Shown here one piece after another: positions 51,121-64,000 of a DNA stretch of 64,000 bases. Both the position numbers and the translations under genes were made by a program. The notes under the pieces were generated by a model. That model searched no databases and was not told the origin of the DNA. It saw only the letters and a list, made by a program, of their open reading frames with translations. This stretch comes from Octopus bimaculoides (lineage: Eukaryota). Position 1 is the stretch's first letter. Each line of letters starts with the position of its first letter. The DNA lies in NCBI RefSeq assembly GCF_001194135.2, contig NC_068984.1, positions 111,149,665 to 111,213,664 of the forward strand, read 5' to 3'.

Positions 51121-52700
51121 GTATACCACACTGAGTGAAAAGTTTTTTGTATATCAAGCTTTAATTAATACTTCAAATTCAAATAAATTATATACGCAAA
51201 GCATTTATTTGTCAAAACATACCCCATTGTATTCTATTGTCTGTTGCAATCACTGTGTCTGAAGCTCAATTTTACACTTCACTTATACCATTTGGCTAAT
51301 TTAGATGCCAAAATACTCCCCACATCCATTTTCGAATTCATCCACATTGTTGAACCTCTATCCATACAAAAAATGAGCCAAGTCTCTGAAAAGGTGGAAA
51401 TTATTGGTTGTGCAACGTCGTGACTGTAGGCAGCATGAGGCAGCACTTTCATCATCTCAATTTCCTCAGATTTGTACTTGGTCACATTGGCAGTGTATGC
51501 CAGAGGATTTTTATTTTGTAGAACTCTGCATTTTAGATTGACCAATGCCAAGTAGCAAAGTTTCAAGACATCATATATTCCCTGTAGTTGTTGAGCATAA
51601 AGGTTAGCATTCACTGCATGACCAACTGGAATAATCTCAAAGTACAACTTCCCCTTGAGATTCTGCCAGACACGCATGTTGTGCATTTGGCAGAATTTAC
51701 TGTTTGACAAGTTCTGAGGTTTGGTCAGAATAGAGCCACAGATTTCTTTTATTATGATTACATTCCCAGTTACAATTCAACTCCAAAAACTGGCACCTCA
51801 AGCAGTTGTTTGTAGCTTGCTTACCAATCACATGGTTCCGAGTTCAGTCCCACTGCTTGGCACCTTGGGCAAGTGTCTAATACTGTAGCCTCGGGCCGAC
51901 CAAAGCCTTGTGAGTGGATTTGGTAGATGGAAAATGAAAGAAGCCCGTCGTATATATGTATATATATATATGTATGTGTGTGTATATGTTTATGTGTCTG
52001 TGTTTGTCCCTAACATCACTTGACAACTGATGGTGGTGTGTTTATGTACCCCGTAACTTAGCAGTTTGGCAAAAGAGACTGATAGAATAAGTATTAGGCT
52101 TCCAAAGAATAAGTCCTGGGGTCGATTTCTCGACTAAAGGCGGTGCTCCAGCATGGCCACAGTCAAATGACTGAAACAAGTAAAAGAGTAAAGAGTAATG
52201 GTAATTAGTCAGGTCATGAAAAGCTTCTTGACAGCATCTATTCACAAGGCTGAGCTTATGGCATGGTCAATCAATGGTGCTTTGTGAATGACCAATTCTG
52301 CCAACAGTGTAAAAGTGCTTGTGCTTGACTGTTGTTCAGCCATTTCAAGCAAGGCCTTATCTTTCACAACAGAAGGTCTCCCTGACATTGGTTTATTTTC
52401 AAGTCTGGTGTCACCTTCCTTGAAACAGCTGAACCAGTTTTGTGTCACACATTTGTTGACAGTTCTTGAACCTTCAACATCATTAATTTCTGTTGCCACT
52501 CTCCTTGCACTCAGTCCTTTTTGCCACTGGTACCAAAAAATGGCTCCAATCACAATTTTTTCACCAGTCTTTATCAAAACTCTAAAATAAAGAATAAACC
52601 ATTCAGCAAGAATTGGACAAGAAGTTAAATCATTTTAATTAGATAACATAGAGCTACATGTTGGCAAAAATCATCAGTGAAAATCATAAAAAATTTATAA
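51121..52700 (-). mobile_element. Mariner (DD34D-type) transposon, decayed, split by SINE A
   Basis: N-terminal FWYQWQKGLSARRVATEINDVEG...NWFSCFKEGDTRLENKPMSGRPS (52242-52577); C-terminal VLPHAAYSHDVA (51279-51710). Confidence 0.88.
51812..52197 (+). mobile_element. SINE family A inserted in the mariner ORF
   Basis: Family motifs; transposase continues on both sides. Confidence 0.9.
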
Positions 52701-52704
52701 ACAT

Positions 52705-53760
52705 ACCACATGGTTACCGTGTGGTAACTTGGACAAGTGTCTTCTACTATAGCCTCAGGATGACCAAAGCCTTGTTGGTGGATTTGGTAGATGGAAACTG
52801 AGAGATGCCTCTCATATACATATATGTATATATATGTATGTATCTGTGTGTCTGTGTTTGTCCACCCACCATCGCTTGACAACTTATGTTGGTGTGTTTA
52901 CGTCCCTGTAACTCAGTGGTTCAGCACAAGGGACCGATAGAATAAGTATTAGGCTTACAAAGAATAAGTCCTAGGGTCAATTCGTTTGACTAAAGGTGGT
53001 GCTCCAGCATAGCTGCAGTCAAATGACTGAAACAAATAAAAAATTAAACGAGTAAAAGAGTATAACATAAAATATCAGAAGGTATATATATATATATAAT
53101 CAAACACTTCAATGTGGTTAATTAAATATAGACATACATTCTGACCATTTATGGTTTATTACTCCTCATGAAATAATTTCATCAATTTGAACTTCTAGAT
53201 TTTGGCTTCATAGAACTCTGAATTATATTCCTCTGTACTGGGTTAGTATGTGGTATGATATCTGGGTCCACTAGAGGAGCTTACTGTGATAACAACATGA
53301 TTCTATGAATCCATATATTGGACTACACACACACACACACACACACACACATCTTCTTTTATTACTTTACTTGTTTCAATCACTGGACTGTAGCCTTGCT
53401 GTGCAGTGACATGGCTTTAAATAGTGTAATAAAGCAAGTCGACCCTGATATTTATTTTAAGTTTGATACCTATTTCATCAGTCTCCCTAGCTGGAACTCT
53501 AAGTTATGGAGACATAAACAAACCAACACCACTTGTTAAATGTTGAGGAAACAAACACAGCGCAAACATTTTCTTGTATTCTTTTACTTGTTTGTCATTT
53601 GACTGCGGCCATGCTGGAGCACCACAATGAAGGGATTTTAGTTTCACAAATTGCCACCAGTCAATAAATAGTAGGCCTAGTACTTACTCTATTGGTCTCT
53701 TTTGCCAAACCACTAAGTTATAGAAACATAAACACACCAACACTTGTTGTGAAGCAGTGA
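52705..53760. mobile_element. SINE family A (+, 52705-53062) and two 3' halves (-, 53358-53545 and 53578-53760)
   Basis: Family motifs. Confidence 0.8.
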
Positions 53761-53986
53761 TGTGTGTGACAAAAGGGTTTCTGAACTTCGGTATATGGTG
53801 AAGCAAATGTTTGCTGATCCCTTAATTATGTTTATAAATATATATATAAATATATATATGAATATACATACACACGTACATACATATATGTATCTATAAA
53901 AATATGTGCACATATGTATACATACATGTACATGCTCATACACATTGCCACCAGTTATACATATGTATGTATATAAATTAAACAAT

Positions 53987-54417
53987 GGGGTAAAAAATTG
54001 GATATTAATTAATATCAATTCAATACCAGGTAACTAGCACATTAAAAGAATCGGGGAGATTCAGAAAAATATGAGATCTCAAGGATTATTGTATATGTTT
54101 ATATAAAGATATATACGAATATATATACAGGAGACCAGTAGATGGACTGGTCTTGTGCTAGAAGAAGATCACATGTCATGTGTCTCCTAAGACCGAATAA
54201 TTCTCAAAGGGAATTTAGCGAAGCAACAAAAACGTAAAGCGGGCAAGACCAGTGAAAATTACACAAAAAAATACAATTATCTGCAAACATAAATTCCCTT
54301 TGAGAATTATTCGGTCTTAGGAGACACATGACATGTGATCTTCTTCTAGCGCATGACCAGTCCATCTACTGGTCTCCTGTATATATATAGATATATTCAT
54401 ATGTATCTTTATATAAA
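53987..54417 (+). mobile_element. Inverted-repeat element related to family H
   Basis: Arms 54098-54217 / 54290-54417 (inner about 97 bp with 2 mismatches), 72-bp spacer; leader GGGGTAAAAAATTGGATATTAATT...ACCAGG...CTAGCACATTAAAA resembles the 45027 and 63850 termini. Confidence 0.75.
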
Positions 54418-54861
54418 TATTGGTGCCAGTCCGAAGATAAATTTTAGGCTTTTTCCAAATTTTTATAATATTCTTTTTCTGTTCATTCACCAAATTTATA
54501 CCAAACAGAAAAATAAAAGTATACAAAAAGTATACAGCAGAAAAATTAAAAACTAAAAGAATAAAAAAATTCCTGACTATGTCATAACACAGTCACCTTT
54601 CCTATCTGGATTTCTCAAGAATTTTTGCTGAGTTTCAGCAATGATTATTAGGCATTTGAAAGAAAAATAGACCATATCTCTAAGACGAACCAACTGAAGC
54701 ATACAGTGACGTTAAGGTCGGAAAGTTACAAATGGCACTTAGTGGGAAGGATCAAAAAGCCATAGTGATAGGTACTGCAGCTGCTATTTAACATGTGGAA
54801 TCGAACTGTCAGAAATTATTTCTTTAAACAATAGGAATGATGTCTTGTGGATTTATCATGA

Positions 54862-54911
<50 letters not shown>

Positions 54912-55281
54912 CTCTGTGTGTGTGTCTCTGTGTGTATGTATATATATATATATATATATACATACACACACACATATATTGTGCATGCATATACATATGT
55001 ATACATGTACATTTATACATATATATAGTGTTATACATACATATAATTATGTTTATGTAATTAATTCATGTATGTGTATGTTTATATATATGTATGTATA
55101 AATAAATAAACACACACACTCATACAAAAGGGTGCATACATACAAATGTGCACACACAGCCCACACACAATTATATGCTGTTTGTCTGCCTGAGTAAATG
55201 TTTGCCTCTGTTACTAGAAATTACTCTTACTTATTGCACAGTCTTGTACATGCTTCTCAGTTTACATGCTTCTATTATATG

Positions 55282-55318
<37 letters not shown>

Positions 55319-56444
55319 NNNNNNNNNNNNNNNNNNNNNNNNNNNNNNNNNNNNNNNNNNNNNNNNNNNNNNNNNNNNNNNNNNNNNNNNNNNNNNNNNN
55401 NNNNNNNNNNNNNNNNNNNNNNNNNNNNNNNNNNNNNNNNNNNNNNNNNNNNNNNNNNNNNNNNNNNNNNNNNNNNNNNNNNNNNNNNNNNNNNNNNNNN
55501 NNNNNNNNNNNNNNNNNNNNNNNNNNNNNNNNNNNNNNNNNNNNNNNNNNNNNNNNNNNNNNNNNNNNNNNNNNNNNNNNNNNNNNNNNNNNNNNNNNNN
55601 NNNNNNNNNNNNNNNNNNNNNNNNNNNNNNNNNNNNNNNNNNNNNNNNNNNNNNNNNNNNNNNNNNNNNNNNNNNNNNNNNNNNNNNNNNNNNNNNNNNN
55701 NNNNNNNNNNNNNNNNNNNNNNNATACACGTATACAATATACATGCATACAATTGTAAATGTAATTATTTAAAAAAAAAACCCAAGACAATGCAAATTAT
55801 AAAAAAAAAAATATATAAGTTGATGATTATACCAGATATTTCAATACTACAGAGTTACCTCCCCTAACGCTTCAGCTAGCAACATTCTCAGCACAGATTT
55901 CCTGAAGAAGACGTCCTTACTCCAAAATATTGAAATACAAGGTAAAAACCATCGATCTGCATTGCATTTATAACATACATTGTATTGGCTTAATTTTTTA
56001 AAGAAAATAATAATTACAAACATTTATATCTACGAGACACTGCTTCATGCAAACTATTCTACCATATATGATTGTATGTTTGTATATATATATGTATATC
56101 CATATCTTCTCAAAATGTATCACTTTAACTTGGTATCTCTACCTGTAAAACGGCTGTGATATCTTNNNNNNNNNNTAACGTATTTAAATTATCGAAAGTT
56201 TTAATAACTGAGATAATATTAATATATACATAAACTAATATGTATATATATATATTAAATAAAGATGTACCATTACTATTATTAATGGCATTAATAAGGT
56301 AATAATAAGGTGGCCAGAATATAAATACAGTAATCCCTCACCACATCATGGTTCATCTGTGGTTCACCTATCATGTTTTATTATTTAAGCTTGCATCGAT
56401 TCTTTCATGGTGTTGTTTTGTATTTATAAAAAATAAATATATAG

Positions 56445-56870
56445 GCACAGGAGTGGCTGTGTGGTAAGATGCTTGCTTACCAACCACATGGTACCGGGTT
56501 CAGTCCCACTGCATGGCACCTTGGGCAAGTGTCTTCTACTATAGCCTTGAGCCAACCAAAGCCTTGTGAATGGATTTGGTAGACGGAAATATAAAGAAGC
56601 CCGTTCTATATTATATATATATATATGTGTATATATATGTATATATGTGGCTATGTTTGTGTATCTGTGCTTGTTTCCCCACCATCGCTTGACAACTGAT
56701 ACTGGTTTGTTTACGTCCCCGTAACTTAGTGGTTCAGTAAAATAGACCGATAGAATAAGCACTAGGTTTACAAGGAATAAGTCCTGGGGTCAATTTGCTC
56801 GACTAAAGGTGGTGCTCCAGCATAGCCACAGTCAAATGACTGAAACAAATAACAGAATAAAAGAATAAAA
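56445..56870 (+). mobile_element. SINE family A, full length
   Basis: Family motifs. Confidence 0.92.
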
Positions 56871-57076
56871 AATACAACTTATAAAAATAATTTTAAAATA
56901 CACAGTGCAGTACTGTTTCTACTTCGCAAGTTTTCACCAATCACGAGGTGTTTTGAAATGTAACACCTACGATAGTTGAGGGATTACTGCATGTGTGTGT
57001 ATATATCATTATCATCGTCGTCATTTAATGTCCACTATACATACATATAAATATACACACACACACATATATATAT

Positions 57077-57107
<31 letters not shown>

Positions 57108-57619
57108 AGATNNNNNNNNNNNNNNNNNNNNNNNNNNNNNNNNNNNNNNNNNNNNNNNNNNNNNNNNNNNNNNNNNNNNNNNNNNNNNNNNNNNNNNNNN
57201 NNNNNNNNNNNNNNNNNNNNNNNNNNNNNNNNNNNNNNNNNNNNNNNNNNNNNNNNNNNNNNNNNNNNNNNNNNNNNNNNNNNNNNNNNNNNNNNNNNNN
57301 NNNNNNNNNNNNNNNNNNNNNNNNNNNNNNNNNNNNNNNNNNNNNNNNNNNNNNNNNNNNNNNNNNNNNNNNNNNNNNNNNNNNNNNNNNNNNNNNNNNN
57401 NNNNNNNNNNNNNNNNNNNNNNNNNNNNNNNNNNNNNNNNNNNNNNNNNNNNNNNNNNNNNNNNNNNNNNNNNNNNNNNNNNNNNNNNNNNNNNNNNNNN
57501 NNNNNNNNNNNNNNNNNNNNNNNNNNNNNNNNNNNNNNNNNNNNNNNNNNNNNNNNNNNNNNNNNNNNNNNNNNNNNNNNNNNNNNNNNNNNNNNNNNNN
57601 NNNNNNNNNNNNNNNNNNN

Positions 57620-60600
57620 TGTTTGCACTATTATATTTTTGGAGTGTTCTGAAAACAAAAATATTATCTATATTATATTTCTTATTTCAGAAGTAGCTAA
57701 TTAATCATAAATTAATTTAACTAACGTTATTTTTCCGTTTTATTGACTTACAATTTACTCAGACGCTTACACGTATGTTCTTATATAAATGTAGCCTTTT
57801 TCGAAATGAGTGTTTTAAACGATATTTTGAGAAAGTTTTTCGAAAAGAGACTTCCATGGAAGACAATTAATTATAAACGGTGGGAGACCAACACCGAATT
57901 TACCTAATTTGCGAAGCTACAACAAGAAATTCATGAGACAATTTCCGGTTAATTTGTATGAAAAGAAAAAAATGGTTAACTGGAAGTGCTATACTTAATA
58001 AATTATTCTGTTGGCCTTGTTTACTTTTTTGCTTAGAAAAGAATGTTTAGAATGATAAAGGCTATGATGATTTAAATAATTTACATATGGCTATGCTAAA
58101 GCACGAGCGTTCTCAAAGGCATATAAAATCTTTGATAGATCTTAAAATATTCGGGAATGTTCGCATAGACTGACAATTAGATGCATGTAAAAATCAAAGC
58201 ATACAACATCATAATGAGAAAGTTAGACGAAACATACATTCTGCAACGATTGATCGATGTAGTTATTTTTTTAGGCCTCCAGGAATTATCGGTTCGGACT
58301 CATTTTGAATCTGAAGGCTCTAATAATCGTGGAAATTATAAAGAACTCGTATATTTAATCAGTAAATATGACAAAAAAAAAAAGGCAAGTCATCTAGGTA
58401 CATCTTCTATCTTCACCGGTCTGTCAAACAGAATTCAAAATGTCTTGATCGATGTAATTCATAAAGTTATGTTGAATGAGAGGCAAAAGGAAATTGAGCA
58501 AGCTAAGTTTGTTTCTATTCTAGTTGATGAGACGTCTGATGTCTCAGCATATTCACAAATGTGAACAGTTTTACGTTATGTTACAGAAGACTGTGTGACG
58601 AAAGAACGATTTATCGGTTTTAATGATGTTAATGCAGATCGATCTGCAAATGCTTTATCTGAACATGTTTTCAAATGCATTGAGACGTGGGAAACAAATT
58701 GATTGCACAGACATATGATGGTGCCGCTACAATGGCAGGACAATTAAATGGGTTACAAATAAAGAAATATGAATGTGCGATCTTTATTCATTGTTGTGCC
58801 CATATCCTAAATTTAGTTCTTTCACAATCATGCTCTCCTATGAAAGAATGCAAGATATTTTTTCTACAATAAACGGACTGGGTACATTTTTTACAAAATC
58901 ACCGAAAAGGGCTAATGCATTAGATAACATTGTTAGAAAAAATATTTCCGAAAGCAACAGCAACTAGATAGAATTACTCCTCTCGTCTTATTATTATTAC
59001 CTTAAAGGAAAATTATAATTTCATAATCAGCCTTTTTGAACACATCATTGAAAATCCTGAAGCATGGGATGATACCACCATAAATTCAGAAATTGGATTC
59101 TTACACACTATAAAAGCTCCTGATTTCTTATTTTTGTTAGAAGTATTCAGTGATATTTTTTTCTTTTACTGACGTCTTATTTAACATCCTCCAGAGTAAA
59201 AGTCATGACATAGTGTATTGTAAAGAGCAAATAGATAAAATCAGAACTGTACTCAAAAACAAACTTGATAATTTTTCAATCTTTTATGATATGTTAGGGG
59301 AAAAATATGGAGTCGATGCAGGAATCGGAATTCAGAGATCCAAAAATATATCTATTGATCCCCAACGACATTACAGAATACTTTATAACAAAATTATCAG
59401 TACAGTAGTTGACCAAATAAAAGCACGATGTTCATCCTTAGAAGAGTTTAAATTCATGGAACTTTTGAATTTCAACAAAGTAGATGAGTATTGCAAACAA
59501 TTTCCTGTGGACTCTATAGATTCTTTAAAAATCATATATGGCAGATTTCTTGATGTAATACGATTACAAAGTGAGCTCAATGTTATGTATTCAATGAAAT
59601 ATTTTAAAAAGCGAAGTGTAAGTCATTTAATGATTTGCATTTACAGCAGTGACCTTGTTGAAGCTATGCCAGAACTCTTCAATCTGTGCAAGTTGATTTT
59701 GACAATTCCATCTACCACTGCTTCTGCAGAGCTATCCTTTTCTGCATTAAGTAGAATCAAAACATACCAAAGAAATGCGACAGGAGAAAGAACACTGTCT
59801 GGGTTAGCACTAATGTCAATTGAAAAAGATTTATTACAACAACTGATGAAAAGAGATGATTTCTATGAAAATATGATAGATATATTTGCCCAGAAAGATC
59901 GAAGAATTGAATTAATTTAGAAATTAGGTTAATAACATTTTAGATCATTAAAAGCAAACTTAATATATTAAAGGGCATATATTGCAGGTTTTGGTTAGTG
60001 TTTGTTATAAAGGTAAGGTTCGACCTTCTTACATCAGTATTGTTTCGCAGGAGAAATAGTTCGACTTCGTCACACCTAACCTACATAGGTTTTTCCTTTC
60101 TGTGCTGCTGGGTGTAGTCTATTTACGGCCGTAAATAAGTGTCTTCTTTCACTTTCAATAAGTGTCTTGTTTCAATCTCAGAGATGTTGACTTCTGCCAC
60201 AACAGTTTTTTTGGGGGGAGGGGGGGGGCTTTTTACAATGTTGAATTTTTGCTGCCTTTCATTGTGTGTGTATTCATGGATATGCGTGTATTTTCAATGT
60301 GTGTGCGTGAGACGTAGTCTTTTAATATACGGAGTTCAGTTAGTCTCAGAACAGTCTGCTTGAGTATCAGTAATTTTCCCGGAATTGACAAGTAGCATGA
60401 TAAAGCACCTGACTTGTCTTCGAGAGCGTAACTATCTAAAACCATGACTATATAATGTAACTAAACGTGTTCTCTTTATTAAATCATTTCAAATTGATTC
60501 AGCTGAACCAATAGGTATAGGGGCTAATGCAGAATCGCACCCCTTTGAAAAACGAAATTTTGTGAAAATTTGTTTTCTGATTCCTACCTTTAACAGAGAT

Positions 60601-60882
60601 TCCATATATGCAAAAATATTAACAGAATCCAATTTCATCTTTATTACATTTCACTTATGATTTTTAGACTTTTTTTATGGGAGAGTGGGGGTAGGAAAGT
60701 ACTGACGTTTCGAAGAGAAAGAAAAATACAAACAATACATTTATTTCAGGCTCATCTCTACAGAGCCATTTTTTATTCCCTGCTTATTGTAGGTCATACA
60801 AAATTCTTTTACTGAAAAATTGCCAGGGTGGGGAAGAGAAATTCATTGCATGCCCAACCCCGGAAGTCACCACACGCCACTG
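57620..60882 (+). mobile_element. hAT transposon, left end lost in gap, probable right TIR at 60869-60882
   Basis: ...CACCACACGCCACTG (rc CAGTGGCGTG...) is a hAT-style terminus about 960 bp after the stop codon. Confidence 0.6.
57806..59920 (+). pseudogene. hAT transposase (TTF-type Zn finger, DUF4371-like, hATC dimerisation domain; ZMYM1-like family), disrupted
   Basis: WLTGS...LFCWPCLLF; FVSILVDETSDVS; IAQTYDGAATMAG; FIHCCAHILNLVL; LILTIPSTTASAELSFSALSRIKTYQRNATGERTLSGLALMSIE; several stops and frameshifts. Confidence 0.92.
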
Positions 60883-61364
60883 ATGTATGTATATATATAC
60901 GCTTTACTCTTTTACTTGTTTATATATATATATATATATATATATNNNNNNNNNNNNNNNNNNNNNNNNNNNNNNNNNNNNNNNNNNNNNNNNNNNNNNN
61001 NNNNNNNNNNNNNNNNNNNNNNNNNNNNNNNNNNNNNNNNNNNNNNNNNNNNNNNNNNNNNNNNNNNNNNNNNNNNNNNNNNNNNNNNNNNNNNNNNNNN
61101 NNNNNNNNNNNNNNNNNNNNNNNNNNNNNNNNNNNNNNNNNNNNNNNNNNNNNNNNNNNNNNNNNNNNNNNNNNNNNNNNNNNNNNNNNNNNNNNNNNNN
61201 NNNNNNNNNNNNNNNNNNNNNNNNNNNNNNNNNNNNNNNNNNNNNNNNNNNNNNNNNNNNNNNNNNNNNNNNNNNNNNNNNNNNNNNNNNNNNNNNNNNN
61301 NNNNNNNNNNNNNNNNNNNNNNNNNNNNNNNNNNNNNTATATATATATATATATATATATATAT

Positions 61365-62875
61365 GCATCACTCACCGTCTAAGCAATTTCATCGACATTC
61401 TTTTGAAGCCATGATGTACCTACATACCCAGCTTCATTCGGGATGACATCGACTTTCTATCCCATCTTCCCAAAACCACTGAAACAAATTCAATCCTACT
61501 AAGCTTTGATGTAGTAAGCCTTTACACCAATATCCCACAGGATTCAGGAATAAAGGCGACCAAATACTGGGTAGATAAACATAGAGAAGCAATTTCCAAC
61601 AGATTCACGGTGACATTTATATTAGACTCAGTGAGACTTATTCTGGAAAATAACACTTTCTTTTTCAATGGAAAGAACTATATCCAAATTGAAGGCATGG
61701 CTACGGAAACGAGGTTTGCTCCCGTTTATGCGAATTCAGTGATAGGTTATTAGAACAAAAACTTTACCAGGAAATAGAAGAGATACAACACTTAATTTAG
61801 GAAGTATATTGAAAAAGCATGGAAGAGATACCTCGACGATTGCTTTATAATCTGGTCAAAATCTCAAAACACTGTGGAAGAATTCAACACCCTCCTGAAA
61901 AATCTAAACCCATACATCCAATTTACAAAGGAGATGAGCAGTACCAAATTACCATTTCTAGATATAATGGTAGTTAAAAAGAACACCGGCATTACCACAG
62001 ATATATATTATAAACACACAGATACACACCAATACCTGAATTCTAAACCGTGCCATCCACCCCATACAAAACGTAACATCCTGTACTGCTTAGCCAGAAG
62101 AATCTATACCATTGTCGAGGATCTAAAGACAAGAAATTAGCGCCTGGTGGAACTGAAAGAATTTCGGCTCAAACAAAAATACCCGTCACTACTTATGGAA
62201 AATGGTATTCAGCGGGCTTCGAAAATAACCATACAACAACTGAGGACACTGCAAAGAAGAGAAAAACAAGAACAGATCATACCATTTACAGTGACACACA
62301 ATCCATGACACCAGAACATCTTCAATATTGCTAAAGCAAACCTACCAATCCTTGCACAAAGTAAGGAATTGAGAAATATCATTACAGATCAAAGTATAAC
62401 TCTCAGTAAGAGACAACCTAAAAACTTGAAAAAGGTATTAACAAAGGCAAGGTTTGACCTCAGCAACAAAAATTAAACATTCACTGTATCCAAATGCAAT
62501 GATAGCCGATGCGGTACATGCCAATCAATTTATACCGGCCCATATATGAACACAAAAACCGGGAAAATATTCACCAATGTGGACATGAACTGCAAAAGTA
62601 GAAATCTAATCTACTGCATCAAATGCCCAAATTAAGAAGAACTGTACATTGGCTAGACAGGTAATGCACTATCGGAACACTCGCGTGTGCATTGACAACA
62701 GATAAAAAACCCAGTGGTCTGCCAAATACCACTGAGTAACCATCTGGCAATATGTGGTCGAAAAACTTTTATGATTTTTCCATTCCATAAACTTTACAAC
62801 CTGAATGAAATTGAGAGAAAACGCAAAGGAAAGGACTTTATTAAGAAATTCAAAACCACTCTTAATAAACAATGA
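61365..62875 (+). pseudogene. Penelope-like element ORF (RT + GIY-YIG endonuclease), disrupted, 5' part in gap
   Basis: SFDVVSLYTNIP; RYLDDCF (61826-61846); LPFLDI; TDIYYKHTDTHQYLN...HP; NLIYCIKC...LYIG*TG; stop TGA 62873-62875. Confidence 0.93.
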
Positions 62876-63080
62876 TTAAATTAATCTTACTTGGGGTTTA
62901 AAATTCTTATCTCTATAACTAAAACAAAAAATCTCTCAAATGTCATCATTTCTAAAAATAAACATTGAAAAATGGTTTGGCATCATCTCTAAAAATAGCC
63001 AAACACCTACTGCTGCTGTCCAAAGGAATGTGTATAAAAGACAAAAGGACAGCCAATCAACTACAGTACATCTGTCAGAC

Positions 63081-63124
63081 GGGACCTTGATGATTGCTAT
63101 GAAGCAGGAAAGTATACTAGCCCC
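63081..63124 (+). ncRNA. Degenerate minimal hammerhead ribozyme in the Penelope 3' region
   Basis: GGGAC-C(T)TGATGA-TTGC(TATGAA)GCAG-GAAA-GTATAC-TA-GCCCC: palindromic stem III AGTATACT, stem I 4/5 pairs, one extra T in the core. Confidence 0.65.
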
Positions 63125-63717
63125 TATATATATTTAATACTCAATATTTCATAGATTCAATAAGACATTCAATACTTCATTTAATTTTACTATTTATATT
63201 ATATATTCCATATTCTATATCCCATATTAATTTTATAAGAATATAAATAAAACATAAAAAACAGACAGAGTTGGAACACTTTTAAATAATATATNNNNNN
63301 NNNNNNNNNNNNNNNNNNNNNNNNNNNNNNNNNNNNNNNNNNNNNNNNNNNNNNNNNNNNNNNNNNNNNNNNNNNNNNNNNNNNNNNNNNNNNNNNNNNN
63401 NNNNNNNNNNNNNNNNNNNNNNNNNNNNNNNNNNNNNNNNNNNNNNNNNNNNNNNNNNNNNNNNNNNNNNNNNNNNNNNNNNNNNNNNNNNNNNNNNNNN
63501 NNNNNNNNNNNNNNNNNNNNNNNNNNNNNNNNNNNNNNNNNNNNNNNNNNNNNNNNNNNNNNNNNNNNNNNNNNNNNNNNNNNNNNNNNNNNNNNNNNNN
63601 NNNNNNNNNNNNNNNNNNNNNNNNNNNNNNNNNNNNNNNNNNNNNNNNNNNNNNNNNNNNNNNNNNNNNNNNNNNNNNNNNNNNNNNNNNNNNNNNNNNN
63701 NNNNNNNNNNNNNNNNN

Positions 63718-63850
63718 TAGCATATTGGATGTCCACCTAGTGGTCATCCCTTCTTATACGCATGTAATATAATTTTTCTGAATTATCAGATTTTTTTATA
63801 TGCTAGACCACTGGTTTTAAATTGAAATTAATATTCAATTTATCACCCTC
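63718..63850 (-). mobile_element. Family H terminal segment, inverted relative to the Penelope ORF
   Basis: TAGCATAT...GTCCAC...TGGTCAT...ATGTAATATAATTTT...AGACCACTGGTTTTAA...ACCCTC collinear with 44902-45027. Confidence 0.75.
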
Positions 63851-63851
63851 A

Positions 63852-63920
<69 letters not shown>

Positions 63921-64000
63921 TGACTGTGTCTAGTTTTTGTACTAATATTTGTCTCCTACCACTTTGTGGTCAAAAGGTAAGGGCTTGTTTACATCCCTGT

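Noticed and set aside
55902-55950. CTGAAGA...GAAATACAAGGTA as a hammerhead
   Set aside because: Stem II does not pair and the NUH position is wrong; at most a very old relic.
57806-59920. hAT ORF as a domesticated host gene (ZMYM1-like)
   Set aside because: Multiple stops and frameshifts, no introns, and a probable TIR downstream.

Overview
AT-rich, microsatellite-saturated eukaryotic DNA. The repeat landscape (tRNA-derived SINE families, long (TA)n/(CA)n/(AAT)n/(GATA)n tracts, N-gaps mostly opening at (TA)n runs) is what I would expect of an Octopus genome scaffold; this is inference and no database search was run. I found no intact host gene, rRNA, tRNA gene or CRISPR array, and most ORFs in the supplied track are microsatellite or N-gap artefacts. 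The window is a stack of decayed mobile elements: three Ty3/Gypsy fragments, R4/Dong-type REL-endonuclease LINE fragments, several Tc1/mariner elements, a hAT transposon, a Penelope-like element (RT + GIY-YIG), piggyBac-, hAT- and mariner-type MITEs, a Helentron-type element and dozens of SINE copies. The most interesting signal is a set of minimal type-I hammerhead ribozyme motifs found by eye: near-intact at 44673-44737 (minus strand) and degenerate at 15775-15815, 18817-18862 and 63081-63124. The best one lies inside a short non-coding element bounded by inverted repeats. Relatives of that element occur at 53987-54417 and at the 3' end of the Penelope-like element, which suggests a ribozyme-carrying, fold-back, non-autonomous Penelope-derived family. 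Also notable are a palindromic MITE with a 9-bp TSD and inward-facing TTAGGG repeats, and a Gypsy fragment with an inverted protease half and an in-frame RT/RNaseH deletion. Coordinates were counted by hand, and the ends of degraded repeats are approximate.
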